This document shows positions 12,823 through 26,178 of a stretch of 64,000 nucleotides of DNA, piece by piece. The translations under genes and the position numbers were made by a program. Origin of the DNA: Phoronis australis (lineage: Eukaryota; Animalia; Phoronida); the NCBI GenBank assembly GCA_002633005.1, contig NMRA01000123.1, positions 832,656 to 896,655 on the forward strand, written 5' to 3'. A model generated the notes under the pieces. It was not told where the DNA came from and searched no databases. It saw nothing but the letters and a program-made list of their open reading frames with translations. The stretch's first letter is position 1. Every line of letters begins with the position of its first letter.

Positions 12823-15800
12823 ATGGAGACCAAGGACGAGTCAGGTTCGTCTTAAAAATTCTTCATTATTTGTATCGCAAGCGTTAGTCTTTCCTGCATT
12901 GTAAATTTCTATTTATTCAGGGTCGTTGAATATGACAGTGTCAGCTGTCGATGGTTTCGTTGCTATTTCAATAAACAGTAGACGCGTTTTCCAAGGACGA
13001 AAGTTATAATTATCTCTAAAAAAGTAGCCAACTAGCAGTCGTACCTGTGCTAATGCATGCTGCACTCTGTTAACAGTGTTGGTGTACAACGATTCATTCG
13101 AGGTCACTCCAGCCGTAAAAGCTGCCTTCGAGGAAAATGGTTATGTGCTCATCAGGTACGCTTAATATATTAATTAAACTCTACTCGGACATAATCGTTG
13201 AGCAAGGTGCAACGACTTTAGCCCCCCCCCTTCCTTTGGAGGGGTTGTAAGGACGAGCACCAATTCTGGTGGGCATTTTGCCTTATCAAGTGCTGTCTCG
13301 GTTGGGTATGATTCTGGCGGTGGTAGCACCTCGGGGGAGTAACTGAAAGAAGTGACGAAGTCACTAGTATAGCTAAGGAGAGCAAACGAACGAAGAGACG
13401 GGTGTGGGGGAGAGGAGTGAGACTATTGTCTAGGGTTTTGCATTCGGTTTTACATCGGGGTACCCAGTGCTGTAGTGGGGCGTAGGCGCACGTAGGCGTA
13501 GCCCCCGACAACCACCTTTTTGCTTTTTAACGTAGCGCCTACCCACCGTCAAAAACTTGAGTCAGGGTTCTGCGAGTTCAAAATACCTTTAAAATGCGGC
13601 GCTCTAGGCGATACGATGGGATCTGGACGCCTCAGTACTTGCCTATAACTTACCAGTACAGCACTGGGGGTACCGTGTATTTTTTCTCATTTACCCAAAG
13701 TCTGATGTTGGTTTGGAAGAGCCTGAGAACCCCCCCCGGGAACGTGAGAATGAATATGGTTGGCGGAGTAAGACATGAACTTATCCGCTTCCCGAAAAAA
13801 CACAACACTTGCGCATCAATAGACAGACTGCACACGGCATCTTTTAAGTTGCGCTTAACTGTGATTATTCTGGTCACGTTAGGGAGCTGTTCGACCAAAA
13901 TGAAATGACGAAACTTCGCGAGGCTGTAGAAAATGACGACGGCATAGCAAAGTACGCTTACAAGGTATGTTCTTAGATTTACGTGAATTTAGATTCGTAA
14001 GTTCCGTGTTTTGTTGGGGAATATTCAAGAAATACGGACCAGTTGCTACGCACAGTTTATGTGTCAAGGCACAGTATTCTATACTCCATTCCAGCAATTC
14101 CATTTTACCTTTACTGCAATGGATAGTTCCGACGTGTCAGTCAAGCGAAACCAGCCAATCAGGTCGCAGGGACACACAAATGCAACTATAGTCTGCCATC
14201 TTAGTCTCACAAACATTGGTTGTGAACGAAAAATGGTTTACAATGCAATTGGGAGCACTTGGAATGCAGATCAAAGGAAAAATGCGTGTTCCCTGCAGAT
14301 AAAAGCATGTAGTAAACTTCACGATTAGATGAATATGCGCCAGGATAAATCATCAGATCTTCGAACATACTCAAGTTCATGCACGATACATCGAGTAAGG
14401 GTTTCAGCAATACATATATAAGTTATCGAGAGCCTGTGGAAGAAATTCACCTTGGTAACGTTTCATAGGTGTATTTTATTTCATTTTATTTCATTTGCCA
14501 GTATCTAATGAGAATTAACAATTAAGCGTGGAAGTGTGACAGTGGATGTCAACGTGACGTACAAAAACGTCACGCAAGACTCTTACACTAGCTAGACCAT
14601 CTCGGAGATGACAATACAAAACTTTCAAATGCCGTCCAGTTGTGTAGAAGTAGTTTCACGCTAATTTTGCGCTATCATACAGCTTGTCGGATCACCTTAT
14701 CTTGTCGCAGAACATGGGCGTTCAAGGTGAACCTACTATTGCACACACAGTGTCCTATGTGTTTGATTAGATCCAGCAGACACTTGTGTGATTGTGACTT
14801 ATGGTTAGCGTGTCAATGGCACGCTTAATCTATGAATGGTCACAAAAGCTTGGTATATTGGATATACCGCTGTTTCCATGGTGAGTTAACTAGATCCCAT
14901 TTTGATAATACGGGTCTATATGGCAACAGCTTCATGAAACATTATCAAAACGTATCTGTAGCGTAAAACGCTTGCAATGGACTTCTACCGTAGTCGCTTG
15001 GAGTTTGTGGGTAGCAGTAACTAAGGCGTGGCCTAATAGCTTTATTGGCAACTATCCACCTGTGTGCGGTATGTGTAAGGACACAAGCCACCCGCTCAAC
15101 ATCCACTTGAACCACTTGCAGTTACACGTGGTCTATATACCGTCTGTCTCAGCTTGTTCAACATCGTTTCTATAACATCTAGTGGTCTATTTCCACATCA
15201 TCTAACCTTCACATTGGTACGCCGTTACGGTCGGTCAGTTTTTACCAAAGATACTACGTCCCAAGCTTATGTAATTATAAAATCTTTGGTTTCTACGGTC
15301 GTTAATAGCGTTCTTCGAAGAACGAGCACGGATATCTGATTCACTCATGATGACCACTTGGACTGTTTTTTCTGGTGCATAGGGAGTTGAATCTGGCACC
15401 TTCCAGTTGTCAGTAAAGCACTCCAACCACTAGACCACTGAGCTTCAGGAAGCCGATAGAAGTGATCTCAGTCCCGACTACAGAGAACTTGTAATCCAGC
15501 GCAGAACCACCAAGCAGCCGTTTCCAGCCAAGGGGCTGGTTTTTCGAAACTCGATAAAATTTAGTAGTATAATTGCCAAAATATCTACCCGTGCGCCATG
15601 TGGGTGTTTTAGAAAATTACTTGGTTTCCTTTACCAAAAAGAATATCAGTACCGTCTACATTTTATTTTTTTTTTGAAGTTGTCCAACCTAAACTTACAA
15701 TTTGAAAATGGCGCACACGCATTGCCTCATGATTAAAGTTGCCGCCTCATTTAGCAACAATTCAGGGGCGGATGAGCATGATAAATTAATGTTTTGAACC

Positions 15801-18800
15801 CAAAGAGCTTGATTTAGAATTAAACAATAACAACAAAACTGTAACGAAAGCCTCCTCATGTATCATCACAATGTGACAGCATATATTGTCACACACGGGC
15901 AATTGGGTTCGACAATATGTGCCGAATGCCCAGAACGCCCGGGCGACAATATGTGCCACAAAACTACGCTTTATATTTATGCGCCGAAGCTGTTGCCAAC
16001 TTAGGAACTGGATAGTTCTCTGCTCCAACATTAGCTAGAGTATCGGGTTAGTGGATTTTTTAAATAAATTTTTGTCTGCAATTCATGTAGGCTTAGTACG
16101 GAAAATTTGACTGAACTCTTCATCAAACATTTACCATTCAGTTAACAGAACGCAATTTCAGTGCTTGGTGAGCTTCCCAGTGTTTGTTGTGTGAGATGAA
16201 CATCATCAACCAGGATCGTTTATATTTCCGGTTGATGATGTGGCGACTTATTGCTTATGAACAAGTGACGTTGTTTTGTTGATACGTACGCTATTGCAGC
16301 TCGATGATGGATGTGGAAAGAAAGTCAGAATGTGCCTATGGAAGTATCCCGGTAATGACATCACGGGAATGGTGGCACGTTGCGAGAAAGTGGCCTCTAC
16401 GTCGGAACAGGTTTTGTAGCGTCAGTTTATTCTTAAATACGTTTACGAGTGCAAATTTCCAATAAAACGTGCACGGCGTTTTTTTTTTCCAAAAATGGCG
16501 ACATCAAATTATGCTGCGACTCACAATTAAAAATCCAAGCACTGTTTGCTGCACGAGACGATTTGTCGGATACTCGTCGAGCGTAGTAGCACTGAGGTGG
16601 TGGTCTCGAACTGACAAAGCTGTTAATTTTGCTACGTATACATGTATCACAGGGCACTGAATACTGGGAACTTCAAACACTTTTGAAATTTCAAAATGAT
16701 AAATTTGTGTAAAACCGTTTACAATTGTTCGTTAAACTATAGTTGAAACGGTTTCCGTGTAACCCAGAGCAGAAATACGTTACGCAATATTTCCTTACGC
16801 TGGGTAGATCTCAGCGCCAACTGACTCGCAGGGTGTAGCCACGGGCGGTCGCCGTTTCAGTTTTCGTCGTATCACTGTTGTGTCATGATGCCTTCATATT
16901 TTAGCTCCTTGGCGGAAGGGTGTCCCATTTCCACACTAAGATGATGATGAAAGACGCAGCCGTGGGAGGGCAGCACGTGTGGCATCAAGACTACGGGTGA
17001 GTGACGTTTCCTTGATCAGAAGGCAAAGACCGGATTTTATTTTTTTATTTGTACGGTGGCGCGGGGGTCATGCCATGTGTTGGTTGGAAGTGATATAAGG
17101 TGCTATCGAGCTGTCTTTATTTGATTAAGACCATTTGCGGCAGTGAAAATGAAAGATGTCGTGTTCCCTGCTACAGTTAAATTGGAGATTAAGAATCCCC
17201 CGTATCGGATAGGCGTAAAATATCTGCTCATTCAAACGACCCAACCAATCTGTCCCCTCCAACCCCCGCATCCAACACATGCTTGAATAACGTGACACGT
17301 GAACATACATGTTCGTATATAGAAAGGTGCACGAAACAGTAGACGGCAAACATTGGTGTACTTTGCCAGCCCGAAGGCCTTCAAAAATATTCCTTTTATT
17401 GTTCAAATTGCAAACAGCTCTGAAGAACCTTAACATTGACACACCAATCGTAGAACTTTCACTTCGTCCATATTAACGGGGCGTAATCGTGGAGATAAAC
17501 ACAAGTAAACTGAGCAATGATTCAACGATTTTAACTCAGACAGTCGAATCTAATTTATCGGCGCGAGAAAATAACTTTCGTCAAAGATTTCGATACATGC
17601 CCAGAAAATGGAAGTTCGCCTCTTCTGCAATGCCTTCCTTTAGTGACCTCGCACGTGCAAGGCAGAAATAGTTCGTGACAGCGTTTTCCCGTTCAGTGAC
17701 TTTACCAGACGTAGGGAGTTCTGAACGTGAGATAACATCTAGCTTCTTTGTTGATTGCCAAGCACACTCTTTTGTCTGTTATGACAACAAGCAGGCCAAT
17801 TATCTACCAGGCTTATCACAAACCACGTGTGAACACAGTCAAACTCAGAGTGAATTGGTGGGATTCGGAAAGAATAGATTGTAACTTCGGTTGCAGTTGG
17901 GCGATTTTGGCGATTCAAAAACAAAACATGATCACCATTTGACGAAGATTTCAGAAATGCTATTGGTTTATGTTGAAATATGTTATAACTTAACTTTTAT
18001 TTTTAACAGCACAGCCCAGTCAGGGTAGATACGTTCCTAACTGGAAATTAGAGCAGTTATCGAACAAAAGAGAGCTGGCCCTCCAACCCTAAATGCCAGA
18101 ACGGAGTTAATCAGTCGTGTAAGATATTGGCTACAGGGGTAAACTTCCCAACTTGTTATTGGGCTATAGAATCTAACAAGTTGGGAGCAACGGGGAAACG
18201 CCGTAATGTTATCTACATAACTGACACAAACATCACCGTCTGATTTTATTAGAACAAAATATAAAGGCATTGATACCGGTAATATCAAACAAACGTGTTA
18301 ACGGCGGATCTACGACTTTGTTTACTAGGGGGAACCAAGTCTCAATAGTCACGCGCCGGTAAGTTGGCGCTTATTGTGCTGGCGTGACTCCTGAGGGGTT
18401 AAACTCCCCTCCTTAGATCCGCCACAGTGTTAGGGCGTGCAATGATTTCCATAATCAAAATTCCACAGGTACTGGTACGACAATGGATTCCTGAACCCAG
18501 ACATGTTAACCGTATTCGTATCGCTCGATCCATGCACTACGAGAAACGGGTGTTTACAGGTTTGTACGTGACCGTTAAGTGCTTCACTTAGTGAGGGATA
18601 CAATTTTTGTACGCCCTGTTTTGCATAGTGTTGTGTGGTAAAAGAAAATGCATAGCTAGTATTCTTGGAATTATTTTGATTGTCATGAGACTTTGGACAT
18701 TTTAAATTAGGGCTATTCAAATGAGTTTACACTGCAACATATCCAATGCAGTCAGTTGTCTGTTGACGTCAGACTGTGGTCTGTTGACGTCAGACTGTGG

Positions 18801-21800
18801 CCTGTTGACGTCAGACAGTGGCCTGTTGACGTCAGACATTGGGCTTAAGGTAGTCACAGACTTTTTGAAATGCTTTTGACCACAACACTTGGAATAAATG
18901 CACTCCGACAACTCACTGACAACAGGGGGCAGCACAGGCAAAGCGTCACTATTCAACTCGAAGATTCCAACCAATATGGGGTCACCTTTAGACTTTACCT
19001 TTTAAGAATGAGTTCTCATCCAAATGGTACTCAAAACTCGCTGGTGTCTTCATCTAAGTCTTGTGCTTGTTTATCATTGAATATTGATAAATTTATCACA
19101 TGTGGTTTGAAATTTGCATCCTTAAGGTCTTAAAGAGCTCCCACAAATGTGGCCGTCTAGATCACGTGTACGTAGGTTCCCAGAGGCAAGCTGAACCCGT
19201 GCACGTGAAAGAACTGGAGAAAATACTTCCGTTGGTGAACGTTGAGATGCAGCCTGGTAGGTTCACTTTCCAGAATTTTTCAAAAGACTATCCACGAGCG
19301 TTTCTACCAGTGTTCCACTTCAGTTATCGAGTCGACTAGAAATCCGAATTAATGTAATTTTGTATAAGTTGTTTAATTGCCAAGTTCTTGCTTAAGAAAA
19401 GTACCTTCTGTGTACATCATTTCTGGATCCACAGCCGATCCAGAAAAAGTATTCACTGCATACTGACAAGTATGTCATCACTGTGACTATCGCGCATTAA
19501 TTACGTCTCAAGTGTTGAATAAATTAAGCTTTTGACGTGATGAGGCAGTCAAGTTTGCCCAGTGTTTAAGGTTCGGGTTTCTAAGCAATCCTTACTTAAC
19601 CTACGCTTTACATAATGTACGTACTACTCAGACATGTCTCCGGTGGATCGCGGTGTCTCGTTAGTTGTCTGTTTATGGTTCAAAGTTCTTGTCATCACAC
19701 TAAGTTTCTCCGAGTGCGGGTTGGACATTGGGACTTTTATTTCCGTGGAAACCTGAATCATTGAGTAATTTGCAAGATGAATTGATTAAATTATTCGATT
19801 CCGTTTATGAGCGAGTGACCCTTCAAAGGGGCACCAAAATCAATGATGAATCTAGGTTTCAGCAAAGGGGGTGTGGGGGGCCACGGTTTTGGAAGAAAAA
19901 AGTCCGCGTGAGCTCTGGAAACGGGATGCCGGCGGCGTTCATTTACTGTTCTAAGTCATACCTGTAGGGGAGGGCCCGGAACCCCTGCCCACCACTGAGT
20001 CCGCCTACATTTTTCCCTCAGAAGTCATTTTCTGTCCGAGAGCTAGAACGATATAGGGTTATTTCTGGGCATTAACACAGCGTCATTTGGAATTGCTTAT
20101 TATGTCCCCTAGGTGACGCACTCTTCTTCCATTCGAACGTGCTGCACCGGAGCGGAAGTAACGAAAGTCCCGTCCGACGATGGGCATTTTTATGCGCATT
20201 TACACGCATGACCAACCTGCCTGCCTCTGCATTCTGTGATGTGTCTACGTTCTGGGGGAGTCAGAAGTTCCTTCCAGTTGAAAAGGTAAATGCTTTTGAA
20301 ATAAGACATTCTTCACCTGCAATAGTTCTTCAAAGTAGGTCTTCCTAACTAAGCCTGTTCTGCCTAACATTTGACCGCCCTGGGTTTTTGACGCCTACTG
20401 GTACGGCAAAACTTTGCTTGCCAATTGGTCCTGTAGTTAAACATCATCATATCGTGTTTCAGTTTTTACACATCACTATAGGAAGACTTCGGGTATGACC
20501 TATAACGTGCGTCTTTAAAGACGAAGACAACCTTTTTCATGTCATTTTTAGAAAAAAATTTCTTTGATTATCCCAGACATATTTTTCACTTAATTACAGC
20601 TTTTCGTAACTTATTTAATTATTCGTTCTCTACCACGGAAGTGACGTTTTGGGAGGCAAGAATTTCGCGCCAATTTCTGTTCATATAGTCTGACTGTGAG
20701 AGTTCACGAGTCAGTCATTGTTCTACCTCGGTTGTGTTGGTTGTTGGTTGCTTTTGTTTACGTGTCAGTCAACATGCCACACTGTCAATGCGTACCGGGA
20801 TGTACTCATTATCGCCCAGAGCCTGTAAGCCTGCTGTGATGTTGGTGTATATATAGACACTATAAAAGGTTTCAGACAACATTTACTCGAGTCTAGAGGC
20901 TAGACAGAGGTGCAGGAGGGAAGGTGACACACACAAATGCGAGCGGTACACTAACCTACCCCCTGTAGTCATCAAGTTCGCCTCTTTCACCACTCAGTCC
21001 CCCCCCCCTCAAGGTCGATACCAATTTTCAACTGCTCTTTCTCCAATCAACACCCATTTTACCTCCACTTAAATCCCTTTCCCGTCGACACCAGCTACAC
21101 CTCCTGAGAACAATTTTATCTCACCCCCCGTTTTGAAACCTTTACTTAGCCGTAGGAAATTAAACAGAATTAGAGAGGGCGCACAAAGTAATTCGACTTC
21201 GCCAAACTTTTGTCTGGTTCCTCCACATCACTACCCCCTTCAACCTTACACTGGTACCCCGTAGTCGGTAATTTCGTGCTTAATACAGGTCTAAGAAATA
21301 AAGACCCGTTGGTAAAATGAAAACTGACTTAGACCAGGTCTAAACTGGAGTTAAACCAGGTTTTACTAGACCACTGGTCTAAAAGCTAAGCCATCTTTAT
21401 GAAATGCAGATTATCTTTAAACTTGGTCTAAGTCCAGTTTAAAACGAGGTTTAACTTTAAACCACCTTTATGAAATCGGCTGTAATTGTTATGTGGTTTG
21501 GGCCAAATCTGTATTGTACACCTTCCAAACAGCTTGCAACACCCAAATTTATACCTCTATGGCACAATCATCAATCACTTCCAGTTAGCGTATCGATGCT
21601 GTTCATGGAAAAAATTATGCTGACTAAACCTCGATCTAGTCATGACGAAGTCATTAGTCAGTGACTAGAGGTCTAGTCGCTGACTACATCTCTAATCTGA
21701 CTAGATAGGCGGATTAAGGGNNNNNNNNNNNNNNNNNNNNNNNNNNNNNNNNNNNNNNNNNNNNNNNNNNNNNNNNNNNNNNNNNNNNNNNNNNNNNNNN

Positions 21801-22492
21801 NNNNNNNNNNNNNNNNNNNNNNNNNNNNNNNNNNNNNNNNNNNNNNNNNNNNNNNNNGGGGGGGCTCAGACCCCAGATCGCGGCGAAATCGTGTTCCCGT
21901 TTTTTTTTAGTCCACCGATAGATTCTCCGAAGGTCCGTCCCAGGTCCCCGCATCTTCCGGGCCGCCTGTGCACGACGTACAATCGCGCTTGGCCCAATTC
22001 TCCTAGGCAACGTGTTGCCCCTCCCCCCTTATGGTATCCTAGAGCCGCCACTGAGTCATTGACTAGTGCTCTAGTCAGTTCATTTGTATAATTGGAACGT
22101 GACTAAACAGCCTGAAATTCTGGTCGGGGACTAGAGCGTTAGTCATTGACTAGGACGTTTAATGACTAGAGTACCAGGCTTTTTAGTCATGACTTTAGTC
22201 ACGTCCCAGTTACGCAAACGAACTGACTAAAATGTGACTAAACTCATCCAAATTTCTCATGGACAAACTTAATTTAGTCACATTTAGTTATGACTAAAAT
22301 GAATTTTTACACGAGACTAATACGTGACTAAAACATGACTGTTACCGTAGGGTAAGGGGATGTTGATCAGTGCATAATTTATGTTCGCAGGTTCCCAACA
22401 CCGCCGTGGCCGAGTGCACGAACATAACGGACACAAGTGGGAAGGACTTCTTGAACCCTGCCGATGACCACTTGGTCAAGTGGGAAAAATAG
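12823..22492 (+). CDS. PhyH-family Fe(II)/2-oxoglutarate dioxygenase (L-proline trans-4-hydroxylase / ectoine hydroxylase-like), 293 aa, 9 coding exons
   Basis: Exons 12823-12844, 13077-13155, 13883-13964, 16300-16410, 16905-16996, 18469-18559, 19127-19256, 20113-20285, 22391-22492; all GT-AG, phase-compatible, total 882 nt. Motifs FEENGYVLIR, WHQDYGYW (HxD), NGCLQVLKSSH, PGDALFFHSNVLHRS (distal His), RRW (2OG-binding Arg). The first exon is the least certain. Confidence 0.92.
13465..13666. mobile_element. hAT-type MITE with perfect 8-bp TSD
   Basis: TIRs cagtgctgtagtgg / ccagtacagcactg; TSD ggggtacc at 13457-13464 and 13667-13674. Confidence 0.9.
15382..15444 (-). mobile_element. tRNA-derived SINE-like head
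   Basis: Minus strand AGCTCAGTGGTCTAGTGGTT...GCCAGATTCAACTCCC: A box and degenerate B box; no intact anticodon arm. Confidence 0.5.
18760..18838. repeat. 21-bp tandem repeat x4, each unit containing TGACGTCA (CRE palindrome)
   Basis: TGACGTCA at 18764, 18785, 18806 and 18827, inside dioxygenase intron 6. Confidence 0.9.
21326..21480. mobile_element. MITE fragment (PIF/Harbinger-like ctttatgaaatcggc end)
   Basis: Repeated ggtctaa/aaaccagg sub-motifs and two ctttatgaaat termini; superfamily assignment is inference. Confidence 0.4.
21620..22352. mobile_element. tgactag/tgactaa-rich repeat element with a nested GC-rich MITE (ggcggat...ccgccactg, ~21708-22053)
   Basis: Many tgactag/ttagtca motifs on both sides of a GC-rich insert ending gccgccactg; spans the N gap. 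Confidence 0.5.
21721..21857. other. Assembly gap (137 N) within a G-rich MITE
   Basis: N run flanked by G homopolymers. Confidence 1.
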
Positions 22493-22555
22493 TGCTCGCT
22501 GTGACACTGAGTCATCTTGAAGTCATGTTTGGCTTCTAACAGTTACTTTTGTATA

Positions 22556-22561
22556 AATAAA
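22556..22561 (+). terminator. Polyadenylation signal of the dioxygenase gene
   Basis: AATAAA about 65 nt after the TAG stop. Confidence 0.65.
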
Positions 22562-23714
22562 ACCCGACATTTAAAGGATATCCTGGACTTTATGCTAATA
22601 GCATTAGACGGTGGTAAGCTGGCGTTTTTCGAGGTCTTCACGAGACAATATTCCGATTGTATTTTCGAAAAAGGGGACGAGATTCTTGTTACAATTTTAG
22701 ATATAATGGGTGCAAGGAATAGCGACAGCAGCTTGGCCCGCTTGCATACTGCTGAGTTAACTCCAGGTCGCAACTGTCTACACCTGAGTTGCAGCGTCCA
22801 TTTAACAACACCGCGGCCCTGCACCCACCCCATTCCTTTCGCCATGAACACTAGCTCAACGGCGCGAAGTTTGGCCGTAAAAATCAGAATTACATTTGTT
22901 GCTTTACAAATAGACCGTGCAGGTTCTCCTTCATGTCCAGGCAGACCCCGGCTATTTTTCTAGGACTCCATCGCTAGTGTATAAATTTGAACTTTGTTGA
23001 AAGTTTTTCACACATCTTATAATAACTCGGCTGGATAACCACGGCATGACTGAAAATCGTTTAAGAAAAAGCACGGTCACGTACACTCGATAACGGTGTC
23101 GAATAAGTTTCATAAACTGAAGATGGCGATGCGTTCATCTATAGTTATCAACTATTTCCATGGTGACAGGATTTGTTTTTAGTTCAATTTCGTCAGCCCA
23201 CGCCGGCGACCTGTCCGCTGTACACCAGAGGTATGTTGTTCCGATTTCGGGACAAATTTTGACTTAGATGATCAAGTTGATACGTCCGTGCAATATAGAT
23301 GTGGCCATATTAAGCAGACTAACGCCCGTGCACACGCGCACGTAATTTTTCATAATGACTTTTGCGAAGATTTGGACTTCTGAGTGCAAAAACTTCATAC
23401 CGGGGGCAGATCCAGGATTTTTAAAGGGGGGGGTCGGATTAAGGATTTTTAAAAAGAGGTCCAAGTCAACAATTTGAAAACTAAAGTCAAGTGAGAAATG
23501 GGGTGCAAACTCCTTCGAATCCACCTACGCGTATCTTTCTGTGTTTGCATGTTAACTTTTATTACATGATGGATCGTTACAAAATTAAAACAAACTAAAT
23601 TGTATAAATATTTTTTAAATATCAGGATGAGTTAATCTTGCAAGAAAACTGAGTAACACAGATTTTTAAAAATACAGCTATGGAAATAAAAACAACAACT
23701 TCACACCAAAATCA

Positions 23715-23720
23715 TTTATT
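23715..23720 (-). terminator. Candidate polyadenylation signal of the large receptor gene
   Basis: tttatt on plus (AATAAA on minus) about 2.5 kb past the stop; another candidate lies near 24275. Confidence 0.35.
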
Positions 23721-24618
23721 TCAAAACGATCCTGAAAATCCCAATTACAAATAAACAACTCTACCGAAAGCTCAAATTCATGACTAGCATGTAAGGTTTT
23801 AACTGACCGATTAACACTAAACATAGGAAGCTTTCTGAAATAAGTCAGTAAAATCTAGAAAAAATTCCAGGCCTAAATTGGATCATTGAATTAATATCCC
23901 AACTTACTGCTTTTAGATGGCAAAATGGTGGATAACCACTTTAGTCCAAAATACTGAAACAAGGGCAAAAGTTTGTTTTTAACAAACCACAGATGCCTAA
24001 AGCAAAAAAAAATTAAATTGCATTCTGACATCACAGTGTAAGCATCACTTGTTTAACTGGCGAAGCAACTTGATCAAACTCCAACAATATTACTGAAATT
24101 ACCATGCTACAGAGTCTTGCTACCAAGGGAAAACACCAACGATGCTGTAACTTATACATTAATCTTAACCAAAGATCTGACTTCCAGCCTGTTATCCTCT
24201 AAACTATCAATCACCAAACATGTGACACCACGTGCAAATTAAAGACACCTCGAATACATTAACAACAATCTCTTTTTATTTAGAGTAAAAATTCTGCAGT
24301 TTGGGCCAGTGAAACAATTTAACTACTTTGCTCAAGGCCAGAGTTTGGACCAAATCTTAGAAATAGGCACTTCTGGCCAAGCATAATTCAAGAATCATCT
24401 AAACGATGAAAAAATTTACCATGTCCGAAATTTTGGGTGAAAGTTTTCTTAGATTCATGCCAACCTGCAGAGTTTTATCCCAGTCCCCTTACCATTGTAT
24501 TACTGGGCTGGAAAGTTTGACAAGATCATGTCAGTCTTTATGAGACATCACCACACATTACAGAAAGCACATGAAAGTTTTAGCCAAACCCTATTGAAGT
24601 ATCAATTGTTTGCCCTAA

Positions 24619-25684
24619 GGTTATGAAGGACCCTACACAAATGTCCAAATTTGGCTGAATTTGCAACATCATGTAACATAGATGGCTAATCGTATTCATA
24701 TGAAACTTTTAGACACTATGCTTTGTGTACTATTCTCCAAAAACAGGGATTGTTTTTATAATGTTCCACTTTTGCATGAGGGGCTATCAAAACAGGACTT
24801 TAATGTTTTTCACGAAAAAATCAAAAGTTGCATAAAACAAAAATATAACTTAAAAACTGTAACAAGGTTTTCGAAATTTCATCCATAATATTTGAACGAA
24901 ATTTGGTCATGACATAGATATTGTTGATTTGCTATAAATCAGGGCTTGGAATGACCAATGACAAAAAATGCGGAAACTTTGAAACTTTTACGTCCCAAAT
25001 CATCGCCCGATAACCAGCCTAGAACTGGTCGATGTGAACCTTTCCCCGACAAAAATCGGGCGGACTAAAAAAAAAAAATTGTTACCACCATCAGTAGCAT
25101 GCGTCTGCGTCCTTTTAGCTCGCCCGTCTACTCCCAACCCACACATTTTTGGCTGCAGAGCGGTAGTATTTGTCGCCGCGCTTAACAATAACACGAGACG
25201 CCATTGAAAATCACACCACTCTACCCCAGATGCCCCGGCAATGTTGACAATTTACGTTCCTCCGAACATAAAGAGCAACTTCCGCTTTTCGAGGTGAACG
25301 TCGTCTGCAACGCCGCGGTAAGAAAGGAATTTGCCGCGGAAATTTTATATCAAATCCGATTTTTTTACGCGGAAATATTATAAAAATAGCGGAAAGCACA
25401 TTTGAAAAAAGCGGAAATCCGCGTTTCCGCGGAAAATTCCAAGCCCTGATAAATTTTTTTTTTGATAAATTTTACTGGAAAGTCATGGCCCCCTGACCCT
25501 ATAAAACTGTCGAATTTGACTAAATTTGCAACATCGTCTCAGAAATGGCTGATCGGCTTCACATGATCATGTTTGAATGAAGGCTATCAACAGCAGATTC
25601 ATATGAAGGCCGAAATCAAATTCTACAGGCTTCCTGCTCTCAGAAAACATTTACACAGACTTGTCAATAAGGCCCTACATAACT
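24619..25684 (+). mobile_element. Kolobok-like element copy B, interrupted by a hAT-like MITE
   Basis: Ends ctaa|ggttatgaaggacc and ggccctacataact|ttat; homologous to 12013-12486. Confidence 0.6.
24940..25448. mobile_element. hAT-like MITE (CAGGG termini) with apparent 6-bp TSD
   Basis: 13-bp TIR cagggcttggaat / attccaagccctg; ataaat on both sides; gcggaaa subterminal repeats. Confidence 0.85.
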
Positions 25685-26178
25685 TTATGTAAGTATATTA
25701 TAATTTATTATAATTTATTCCAGCACTTTTTGAAGGACTATAAAGACACTAAAATTTCATGGTATAAAGTGTCTCAGTACCAACACATCGTTTTTAAGAA
25801 TAACAGATGTCCCTAAACTTTAACAGACATTTCAAGCTTGCAAACCATCTAAATTAGAAAGATATGAACTTTGTCTTTACCAGACTTTTGCTAAACACTG
25901 AAACATTTACCCTGACCATTGTCCCTGCCAGCAGAAGACAAAATTATGAACTTTTTACAGCAAAGTCTATGGAATGTGAGCTGCCTGCCTAACACCACAT
26001 TCATTATCAAAAAACAGAAATTCAACGTTAACATTGCATTGATTTATACCCTTACTGTAAGTGTATTTCCATTGAAAGTCAAAAATGTGGAAGTAAATTA
26101 ACTACAAAACGGAAAGTCTGCAGAAAAGTATATTGGTAAAGAAAATCAAATGCTCCCAGTGACCTCTGTGGGTGACCT

